DNA of 5,189 bases, from IMG/VR virus record IMGVR_UViG_2654587570_000012; one strand, written 5' to 3'. Each line of letters opens with the position of its first letter. Positions within the stretch are counted from its first letter, which is position 1. The notes beneath the pieces were generated by a model. That model ran no database searches and was not told the DNA's origin. It was given only the letters and a program-made list of their open reading frames with translations. Made by a program: the position numbers and the translations under genes. Shown one piece after another: positions 1 through 5,108 of the stretch. The DNA comes from a virus. Its lineage: Duplodnaviria; Heunggongvirae; Uroviricota; Caudoviricetes.

Positions 1-1074
1 TCATTTGTCGATTTCAATTTTGTCCCATTCCCGTCCACGGCTGTCCCTATACCGCGCCGCCATTAAATCTGATTTATGCCCGAGAAGACGTTGAGCAAAC
101 TTATCGCCAATCTGGTTCCGGTATAGCCTCGCTGACAGGCTACGCAGTTCATGGAATGTTGGCGGGTTTCCATCAAATGAGAGTCCAGATGCATTTCTCG
201 CCTTTGTAAAATACTTTGATACTGTTTTCGGGGAAAGCGGATCGTGATGCTTTGATGCGATTATAGTTTCACTGCTGCTGGCCTCCCTGCATTTCTGTAG
301 TGTATCAGCCAATGAGATATTGAGCGCGTCAATCGTTAGCGTTAGCGGAATGGCGAGTTTAGCCCCTGTTTTACTCTGTTCAATGTGAAGATGGTTGTCG
401 TTTATGTCTGACCATTTCATTCTGCACAAATCGCCGACTCTCTGCCCTGTAACGACGGCCAAATCCATCGCCAGCCTTAGCCAGATAGGGAGAGGTTCGG
501 CTGCATGGTAAATCTCGACATACTCATTAGCTGTCAGCCTTGAGCGCCTTACTTCTGACTTTGCTGTACGGGTTGCTGTTACCGGATTCGTTGCAACATG
601 CCCCTCGGCTATTGCTTCACGAAAAACGTCAACAAGGGTTGACCTGATTAATTTTGCGGAAGCTGCTTTACCTTCTGCCACGTAGGTGTTTAGCATTGCT
701 GCCACTTCTTTCGTTGATATGTCAGTGAGCGGTTTGTCCGGCAATTTTCTTCGGATTGCCCTGATTTTGCTGGCGTAGTCGAGTAGAGTTTTCGGCCTGA
801 TCCCTCTTTCGGTGAGGATTCTTTCATATCGGTCAAGCCACACATGAAGAGTGATTGCGTCACCGCCTTTAATTCTGTCTATCAGTGATTTGCGTCCGCT
901 GTCTGAGAGTAACTCAATATTGGCCTGTATTGCTTCAGTGATTGCTATCCTCCTGTCTCGGCCTAATCCAAACTCTTTACCCGTCCTTGGGTCCCTGTAG
1001 CAGTAATATCCATTGTTTCTTATATAAAGGTTAGGGGGTAAATCCCGGCGCTCATGACTTCGCCTTCTTCCCAT
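1..1074 (-). CDS. int: Tyrosine site-specific integrase, lambda Int-like (357 aa, complete; stop at 1-3)
   Basis: Seen: complete 357-aa minus-strand ORF beginning MGRRRSHERRDLPPNLYIRNNGYYCYRDPRTGKEFGLGRDRRIAITEAIQANIEL and ending HELRSLSARLY...LLGHKSDLMAARYRDSRGREWDKIEIDK. Established knowledge: near-identical over long stretches to lambda Int as I recall it (356 aa), with the tyrosine-recombinase C-terminal box. The 23-nt overlap with xis matches lambda geometry. Confidence 0.95.
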   Translation of the reverse strand: MGRRRSHERRDLPPNLYIRNNGYYCYRDPRTGKEFGLGRDRRIAITEAIQANIELLSDSGRKSLIDRIKGGDAITLHVWLDRYERILTERGIRPKTLLDYASKIRAIRRKLPDKPLTDISTKEVAAMLNTYVAEGKAASAKLIRSTLVDVFREAIAEGHVATNPVTATRTAKSEVRRSRLTANEYVEIYHAAEPLPIWLRLAMDLAVVTGQRVGDLCRMKWSDINDNHLHIEQSKTGAKLAIPLTLTIDALNISLADTLQKCREASSSETIIASKHHDPLSPKTVSKYFTKARNASGLSFDGNPPTFHELRSLSARLYRNQIGDKFAQRLLGHKSDLMAARYRDSRGREWDKIEIDK

Positions 1075-1270
1075 TTCTGATCCTCTTCAAAAGGCTACCT
1101 GTTACTGGTCGATTTAAGTCAACCTTTACCGCTGATTCGTGGAACAGATACTCTCTGCCATCCTTAACCGGAGGAGGGAATATCCTGCATTCGCGCACCC
1201 ATCGACGAACTGTTTCAAGGCTTCTTGGGCGTCGCTGGCGAGCGTTCCACTCCTGAAGTGTCAAGTACAT
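1052..1270 (-). CDS. xis: Excisionase (lambda Xis-like, 72 aa)
   Basis: Seen: 72-aa ORF MYLTLQEWNARQRRPRSLETVRRWVRECRIFPPPVKDGREYLFHESAVKVDLNRPVTGSLLKRIRNGKKAKS overlapping the int start by 23 nt. Established knowledge: essentially the lambda Xis sequence and length as recalled. Confidence 0.93.
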   Translation of the reverse strand: MYLTLQEWNARQRRPRSLETVRRWVRECRIFPPPVKDGREYLFHESAVKVDLNRPVTGSLLKRIRNGKKAKS

Positions 1271-1296
1271 CGCAAAGTCTCCGCAATTACACGCAA
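1257..1296 (-). promoter_or_regulatory. pI-like cII-activated promoter: minus-strand TTGC-N6-TTGC (TTGC 1296-1293, GTGTAA, TTGC 1286-1283) plus a third TTGC at 1275-1272; predicted start site inside the xis 5' end
   Basis: Seen: plus strand reads gcaa-ttacac-gcaa at 1283-1296, i.e. TTGC-N6-TTGC on the minus strand just upstream of the xis ATG (1270). Established knowledge: cII-dependent lambda promoters carry TTGC-N6-TTGC flanking the -35 position, and pI initiates within xis so the transcript makes Int only. Inference: the -10 hexamer would fall near 1269-1262 and is poor, as expected for an activator-dependent promoter. Confidence 0.45.
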
Positions 1297-1297
1297 G

Positions 1298-1318
1298 AAA
1301 AAACCGCCATCAGGCGGC
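1298..1318 (-). terminator. Rho-independent terminator (minus strand): stem CCGCC/GGCGG (1304-1308 with 1313-1317), loop UGAU, then U6 (1303-1298)
   Basis: Seen: plus strand gaaaaaaccgccatcaggcggc; on minus-strand RNA this is a GC-only 5-bp stem followed directly by six U. The TGA stop of the 55-aa ORF lies in the loop. Confidence 0.6.
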
Positions 1319-1477
1319 TTGGTGTTCTTTCAGTTCTTCAATTCGAATATTGGTTACGTCTGCATGTGCTATCTGCGCCCACAGCATCCAGTGGTCATAG
1401 CAGTCGCTGATGTTCTCGGCTTCGATAACTCTGTTGAATGGTTCTCCATTCCATTCACCTGTAACTCGGAAGTGCAT
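1310..1477 (-). CDS. Small hypothetical protein (55 aa), at the position of the small ORF between xis and ea8.5 in lambda
   Basis: Seen: the ORF track omits it (below its size cutoff); manual minus-strand translation from ATG 1477-1475 gives MHFRVTGEWNGEPFNRVIEAENISDCYDHWMLWAQIAHADVTNIRIEELKEHQAA with TGA at 1312-1310. Established knowledge (recalled): lambda has a 168-nt ORF about 39 nt upstream of xis; the same 168-nt length and 39-nt gap are seen here. The Shine-Dalgarno is weak, so expression is uncertain. Confidence 0.45.
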   Translation of the reverse strand: MHFRVTGEWNGEPFNRVIEAENISDCYDHWMLWAQIAHADVTNIRIEELKEHQAA

Positions 1478-1490
1478 TTATCATCGCCAT

Positions 1491-1515
1491 AAAACAAAAC
1501 TCGCCGTAGCGAGTT
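1491..1515 (-). terminator. Rho-independent terminator (minus strand): stem AACUCGC/GCGAGUU (1498-1504 with 1509-1515), loop UACG, then U-rich tail (UUGUUUU)
   Basis: Seen: plus strand aaaacaaaactcgccgtagcgagtt; minus-strand RNA folds a 7-bp stem with 4-nt loop followed by a U-rich run, about 50 nt downstream of the ea8.5-like stop (1566). Confidence 0.6.
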
Positions 1516-1565
1516 CAGATAAAAGAAATCCCCGCGAGTGCGAGGATAGTTACTTGTTCATATTA

Positions 1566-1847
1566 TTAATCGTCAATGTATTTTGAGCATTGTGGGCAAT
1601 CATCGATCCCACAATACGATTCATATGCATCCTTTATTGCGTCGCGGGCTTCAGTAAGAGTATTGAATAAGTTGCAGCTATTATCTTTTTGATATAGGTT
1701 AGTTCCTAATTTATAAGCAGAAGAAGCATCATTTCCGCTGTCTAAAATTACATCGTTATGGATTCTGCACCTTGCAAGAACTCCTGATCCCATAAGGGTC
1801 TGCATAGCCCATTGCTCTTGATCTTCACACAAATCATGAATGCTCAT
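1566..1847 (-). CDS. ea8.5: Ea8.5-like small cysteine-rich protein (93 aa from ATG 1847)
   Basis: Seen: the track ORF 1566..1865 begins at a GTG; the in-frame ATG at 1847 is preceded by AAGAGAGGTG (good Shine-Dalgarno) and gives a 93-aa product MSIHDLCEDQEQWAMQTLMGSGVLARCRIHNDVILDSG...CGIDDCPQCSKYIDD. Inference: same length (282 nt) and position (first gene upstream of the xis-proximal small ORF) as lambda ea8.5; the family assignment rests on synteny and the Cys/His pattern, not a confirmed alignment. Confidence 0.6.
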   Translation of the reverse strand: MSIHDLCEDQEQWAMQTLMGSGVLARCRIHNDVILDSGNDASSAYKLGTNLYQKDNSCNLFNTLTEARDAIKDAYESYCGIDDCPQCSKYIDD

Positions 1848-1961
1848 TTCAACACCTCTCTTCACGTTTCACACACGTTAAGATTAACAGTGTTTTTACA
1901 TGCTTTGGAAGATTTATTTTATAAAAACTCTTTTAATACAAATAGATATAATAGTTCACTA

Positions 1962-2759
1962 TTATAGCTCCTTTAATCGAGGCGGTTCTGGTAGAGGCAT
2001 CCAGTGGGTTACACCGCCAATTGGCTCATCGTCGTCGTACTCCAATGCGGTTATATAGAACCCGTCACGACGAGAATAAGAAATCCCGGACATTACAATG
2101 CCATCCGAAACAACAATAATGTCACCCGTTTCTTTCGGCATTCGCTCACTACAGCTTATCCAACCATCCGGAGTCACCGGAAGCGAGAACGGCAGCACAT
2201 CTCTGTGAACAAGTTTTTGCTGTGACAGGTTATCCAGAACTTTCTGTACTGCTGCATCACCGAATACACCAAGCGCATCTGCCATAACTCCTACAACCTG
2301 ATAAGCCTCAGCGCATACCGTGGATAAACCATCCGGAATTACCGGAGAGTTGCCGGGTTCTTTAATGTGCAAGCGAGGCTCACCATCTTTTGGTTCAGGC
2401 CACTGGCGCTCCATGTTGATCTTCAATTTATCTTCCATAGCAGCGGTAATTTCAGCATCGCTGATGCCAGCACGGCGCTGTGCATCCCACAACAGGAAAT
2501 GCATATCAGCCCACTCGCTGAGATCGTCTGGTTCGGCTGCGGCTTCCAGAGCCTCTTTTGAGAGGTGTTTCAGTGGACCAATGGGGCCAACGCAGCCAAA
2601 TGTGGAGTCAGACCATTTGGCATGCTCGTGGCGAATCAGTTCGCGTTCCAGTGATGCCAGTGCAATTCGTGCCAGTTCCATTTGTTCGCCACGAGTAAGC
2701 CCGTTTTCAAGCGGATTTTTAATGAACAATTCAATACGTTCTTTGGTAATAGTGGTCAT
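1962..2759 (-). CDS. Two-domain cargo protein (265 aa): N-terminal MazG-like all-alpha NTP pyrophosphohydrolase (DUF550, dATP/dGTP diphosphohydrolase-type), C-terminal DUF551
   Basis: Seen: ATG at 2759 preceded by AAGGA (7-nt spacer); N-terminal half has the acidic pattern SKEALEAAAEPDDLSEWADMHFLLWDAQRRAGISDAEI (E-x2-E ... E-x2-D on consecutive helices); C-terminus ends GWISCSERMPKE...GVTHWMPLPEPPRLKEL. Established knowledge: E/D-rich helical motifs are typical of MazG-type pyrophosphohydrolases; the THWMPLPEPP tail is the DUF551 hallmark in lambdoid phage proteins. Domain names are from memory, not a search. Confidence 0.75.
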   Translation of the reverse strand: MTTITKERIELFIKNPLENGLTRGEQMELARIALASLERELIRHEHAKWSDSTFGCVGPIGPLKHLSKEALEAAAEPDDLSEWADMHFLLWDAQRRAGISDAEITAAMEDKLKINMERQWPEPKDGEPRLHIKEPGNSPVIPDGLSTVCAEAYQVVGVMADALGVFGDAAVQKVLDNLSQQKLVHRDVLPFSLPVTPDGWISCSERMPKETGDIIVVSDGIVMSGISYSRRDGFYITALEYDDDEPIGGVTHWMPLPEPPRLKEL

Positions 2760-2769
2760 TTGTTAGTCC

Positions 2770-3525
2770 TTAAAGTGCTAGTTGCAATTGCATTTCAAAG
2801 CGGTCGCGTTGTTCACAATACGCAAGAGAACCAGGGCTATTGTGTGCCTCAATCCGTTCTACCATTAATGCTGCGCGTGTCTCTTTACTTGCAGGTGCAT
2901 AAGCCCCAGACCAGGCTTTATCAATACCGATGTTTCGAGCGACGTTCGTACTATCTGCGCTGGCTAAGGGTAATTTTGTGAATATCAGCGGATTTAACAT
3001 GCGCAATCCATGTAGTTTCGTAACCGGCTGACCATGCCCATCAACAATGTGACGAATCAGGTCTTTCATTCTGGCTACCGCAAGAGTTGGGCGCTTTACG
3101 TCATAGTCGCCACAACTACCGATAGCCACTCGCGGAAACTCATTGCACAAATGAATAAATCGCTCGTCACTTTCATTCATGTGCCACACTGGAACGCCAG
3201 CTAGTTTTCCGTGAGGCCACTCATTCAGAAGCGCATCATTTTCCTCCTCTCCGCCATCAATAACATCCGGGATAATGGCAAAATCGAATCCTGGGTGATT
3301 CTTCCAGCGAGCAACAAACTCGTAGTAATCGCTCCAGTCGATTTTGTTTTTGCCAGCTGCTTTCCAGGCGGTGAATGCACCGTTGTCCAGCGCGAACGAC
3401 TGACAGTATTCAGCCGCGAGATTGATCTGGCCTGAATGCGCAAAACTGATAAACGCATGTCGCCCTTTCCATGCTCTCATTGCGCACGTATCAGGAGTAA
3501 TAGGCCCACCGTGGTAGTGAATCAT
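2770..3525 (-). CDS. tRNA-guanine-transglycosylase (TGT)-like catalytic-core protein lacking the zinc subdomain; candidate DpdA-type 7-deazaguanine DNA transglycosylase (251 aa)
   Basis: Seen: start chosen at ATG 3525 (AAAGGAG Shine-Dalgarno; TGAgATG coupling to the ea22-like stop) rather than the track's ATG 3567, which overlaps ea22 by 41 nt. Motifs that line up in order with bacterial TGT as I recall it: LDNGAF (res 46-51) vs TDSGGF; FAIIPD (res 82-88) vs MIFDEC; VAIGSCGD vs YAVGGLAVGE; ASADSTNVARN (res 188-198) vs DCVMPTRNARN. The protein stops about 50 aa after the ARN motif, so the Cys/His zinc site is absent. Inference: TGT-superfamily enzyme, most plausibly DpdA-like; motif-level only. 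Confidence 0.55.
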   Translation of the reverse strand: MIHYHGGPITPDTCAMRAWKGRHAFISFAHSGQINLAAEYCQSFALDNGAFTAWKAAGKNKIDWSDYYEFVARWKNHPGFDFAIIPDVIDGGEEENDALLNEWPHGKLAGVPVWHMNESDERFIHLCNEFPRVAIGSCGDYDVKRPTLAVARMKDLIRHIVDGHGQPVTKLHGLRMLNPLIFTKLPLASADSTNVARNIGIDKAWSGAYAPASKETRAALMVERIEAHNSPGSLAYCEQRDRFEMQLQLAL

Positions 3526-3526
3526 C

Positions 3527-3934
3527 TCACTCTCCTTTGATGCGAATGCCAGTAGCGCGGATTGCATCGATGACTTCAGAAACTTTGTATGCCATTACCG
3601 TTTGGTAATCATCGTGAAAATCTGTTCGATGAAGCATGCTGCTACGTTCCGGGAGCAGTATTTCCCGCGCTTCCAGTTCTGCAATGCGCTTTTTTGCTGC
3701 TTCCAGTTCATCCAGTAATTCCAGCACGGTAGCCGGATTAGCCTTGGCAACAAAATCCCGGACTGGCTTACAATCAATCTCCGCAATGGGTTGATACGAT
3801 GTGTAGCCATGCTGTCTTGTATAACTACCGTGACGAATAACGAAAAAATCACCATTTATTTTTTTAGCCTGCCACTTATCTTCACCGGCTTTCTCTGCCG
3901 CTTCACGCAGTGCCTGAGAGTTAATTTCGCTCAC
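3527..3934 (-). CDS. ea22: Ead/Ea22-like protein (135 aa, GTG start)
   Basis: Seen: GTG start at 3934 with AGAGAGG Shine-Dalgarno 6 nt upstream and GTGA overlap with the upstream stop; N-terminus MSEINSQALREAAEKAGEDKWQ...INGDFFVIRHG and a coiled-coil segment LELLDELEAAKKRIAELEAR. Established knowledge: a conserved QALREAAEKA-type N-terminus with a variable middle is typical of ead/Ea22-family proteins. Shorter than lambda Ea22 (182 aa). Confidence 0.7.
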   Translation of the reverse strand: MSEINSQALREAAEKAGEDKWQAKKINGDFFVIRHGSYTRQHGYTSYQPIAEIDCKPVRDFVAKANPATVLELLDELEAAKKRIAELEAREILLPERSSMLHRTDFHDDYQTVMAYKVSEVIDAIRATGIRIKGE

Positions 3935-4152
3935 TTCGAACCTCTCTGTTTACTGATAAGCTCCAGATCCTCCTGGCAACTTGCACAAGTCCGACAACCC
4001 TGAACGACCAGGCGTCTTCGTTCATCTATGGGATCGCCACACTCACAACAATGAGTGGCGGATATAGTCTGGTAGTTCAGACGACGCATTTTTATTGCTG
4101 TATTGCGCTGTAATTCTTCAATTTCTGATGCTGAATCAATGATGTCCGCCAT
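3931..4152 (-). CDS. TraR/DksA-family C4 zinc-finger protein (73 aa), at the lambda orf73 position
   Basis: Seen: MADIIDSASEIEELQRNTAIKMRRLNYQTISATHCCECGDPIDERRRLVVQGCRTCASCQEDLE with the C-x2-C ... C-x2-C spacing of TraR/DksA C4 fingers; its stop overlaps the ea22-like GTG. Established knowledge: lambda carries a 73-aa TraR homolog in the exo-xis region that acts on host RNA polymerase. Confidence 0.75.
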   Translation of the reverse strand: MADIIDSASEIEELQRNTAIKMRRLNYQTISATHCCECGDPIDERRRLVVQGCRTCASCQEDLELISKQRGSK

Positions 4153-4204
4153 CTTTCATTAATCCCTGAATTGTTGGTTAATACGCTTGAGGGTAAATGC
4201 GAAT

Positions 4205-4228
4205 AATAAAAAAGGAGCCTGTAGCTCC
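4205..4228 (-). terminator. Rho-independent terminator (minus strand): stem GGAGC/GCUCC (4214-4218 with 4224-4228), 5-nt loop, then UUUUUUAUUAUU
   Basis: Seen: plus strand aataataaaaaaggagcctgtagctccct; on minus-strand RNA a GC-rich 5-bp stem is followed immediately by a long U-rich tract, about 20 nt downstream of the 4251 stop. Confidence 0.5.
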
Positions 4229-4250
4229 CTGATGATTTTGCTTTTCATGT

Positions 4251-4532
4251 TCACCGTTCCTTAAAAACGCCGTTTAACATGCCGATTGCCAGGCTTAAAT
4301 GAGTCGGTGTGAATCCCATCAGCGTTACCGTTTCGCGGTGCTTCTTCAGTACGCTACGGCAAATGTCATCGACGTTTTTATCCGGAAACTGCTGTCTGGC
4401 TTTTTTGATTTCAGAATTAGCCTGACGGGCAATACTGCGAAGGGCGTTTTCCTGCTGAGGTGTCACTGAACAAGCCCCATGTCGGCAAGCATAAGCACAC
4501 AGAATATGAAGCCCGCTGCCAGAAAAATGCAT
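4251..4532 (-). CDS. Hypothetical protein (93 aa as drawn) in the position of lambda orf61; start uncertain
   Basis: Seen: ORF MHFSGSGLHILCAYACRHGACSVTPQQENALRSIARQANSEIKKARQQFPDKNVDDICRSVLKKHRETVTLMGFTPTHLSLAIGMLNGVFKER. No convincing Shine-Dalgarno before ATG 4532 (AACCACTGA-ATG). An in-frame ATG at 4562 (good lambda-like 20-nt overlap with orf63) is cut by TGA after 9 codons. Size differs from lambda orf61 (61 aa), so the call is positional only. Confidence 0.4.
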   Translation of the reverse strand: MHFSGSGLHILCAYACRHGACSVTPQQENALRSIARQANSEIKKARQQFPDKNVDDICRSVLKKHRETVTLMGFTPTHLSLAIGMLNGVFKER

Positions 4533-4542
4533 TCAGTGGTTG

Positions 4543-4734
4543 TCATACCTGGTCTCTTTCATCTGCTTCTGCTTTCGCCACCATCATTTCCAGCTTTTGT
4601 GAAAGGGATGTGGCTAACGTATGAAATTCTTCGTCTGTTTCTACTGGTATTGGCACAAACCTGACTCCAATTTGAGCAAGGCTATGTGCCATCTCAATAC
4701 TCGTTCTTAACTCAACAGGAGATGCTTTGTGCAT
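4543..4734 (-). CDS. orf63: Orf63-like small protein (63 aa)
   Basis: Seen: [63 protein letters not shown]; GGGAGG Shine-Dalgarno 4 nt upstream of ATG 4734; 28-nt overlap with orf60a. Established knowledge: identical length (192 nt) and overlap geometry to lambda orf63 as recalled. Confidence 0.65.
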   Translation of the reverse strand: MHKASPVELRTSIEMAHSLAQIGVRFVPIPVETDEEFHTLATSLSQKLEMMVAKAEADERDQV

Positions 4735-4889
4735 ACCGCCTCCCGTTTATTATTTATCTTCTCAGCCAGCCGCTGTGCTTTCAGTGGATTTCTGATAACA
4801 GAAAGGCCGGGAAATACCCAGCCTCGCTTTGTAACGGAGTAGACGAAAGTGATCGCGCCTACCCGGATATTATCGTGAGGATGCGTCAT
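4707..4889 (-). CDS. orf60a: Orf60a-like small protein (60 aa from ATG 4889)
   Basis: Seen: ATG 4889-4887 overlaps the exo-frame TGA (4888-4886) as ATGA, with GGGGAG 8 nt upstream; product [60 protein letters not shown]. The track's ATG at 4895 is only 2 nt from the Shine-Dalgarno and is rejected. Established knowledge: same 183-nt length and ATGA junction with exo as lambda orf60a. Confidence 0.65.
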   Translation of the reverse strand: MTHPHDNIRVGAITFVYSVTKRGWVFPGLSVIRNPLKAQRLAEKINNKREAVCTKHLLLS

Positions 4890-5107
4890 CGCCATTGCTC
4901 CCCAAATACAAAACCAATTTCAGCCAGTGCCTCGTCCATTTTTTCGATGAACTCCGGCACCATCTCGTCAAAACTCGCCATGTACTTTTCATCCCGCTCA
5001 ACCACGACATAATGCAGTCCTTCACGCTTCATACGCGGGTCATAGTTGGCAAAGTACCAGGCATCTTTTCGTGTCACCCACATGCTGTACTGCGGTAATG
5101 ACTCCAA
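4886..5107 (-). pseudogene. exo: 3' remnant of lambda-type exonuclease gene exo (last ~65 codons only)
   Basis: Seen: translation ...[68 protein letters not shown]; the track's M is a TTG at 5107 with no Shine-Dalgarno; in this frame upstream there are TAA and TGA stops within 40 nt. Established knowledge: this is the C-terminal tail of lambda Exo as I recall it (...[67 protein letters not shown]). Similarity begins near 5090; sequence upstream is unrelated. Confidence 0.6.
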
Positions 5108-5108
5108 C

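Noticed and set aside
1139-1492. Plus-strand ORFs 1139..1492 (117 aa) and 1225..1410 (61 aa)
   Set aside because: Antisense to xis, the pI region and the 55-aa ORF; no Shine-Dalgarno; they cross two minus-strand terminators. The minus-strand reading explains the sequence better.
1848-1865. GTG start at 1865 for ea8.5 (99-aa form) and ATG 4895 for orf60a (62-aa form)
   Set aside because: The internal ATGs (1847 and 4889) have correctly spaced Shine-Dalgarno sequences and reproduce the lambda gene lengths (93 and 60 aa).
2004-2981. Plus-strand ORFs 2004..2225, 2320..2766, 2367..2561 and 2682..2981
   Set aside because: All lie antisense within the MazG/DUF551 and TGT-like genes, have low-complexity Ser/Arg-rich translations typical of antisense frames, and have no ribosome-binding sites.
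3526-3567. Longer 265-aa start (ATG 3567) for the TGT-like gene
   Set aside because: It would overlap the ea22-like gene by 41 nt and has only a weak GAAG upstream, whereas ATG 3525 has AAAGGAG and TGA-g-ATG coupling. Kept as an alternative, not excluded experimentally.
3211-3855. ORFs 3211..3435 (+), 3225..3458 (-) and 3595..3855 (-)
   Set aside because: Nested inside the TGT-like and ea22-like genes in alternative frames or antisense; the products have no recognisable features and the host genes have proper starts and coupling.
3791-5098. Plus-strand ORFs 3791..4003, 4479..4664, 4686..5012 and 4895..5098
   Set aside because: Antisense to the orf73/ea22, orf61-position, orf63/orf60a and exo-remnant genes, whose identity is supported by lambda synteny and overlap geometry.
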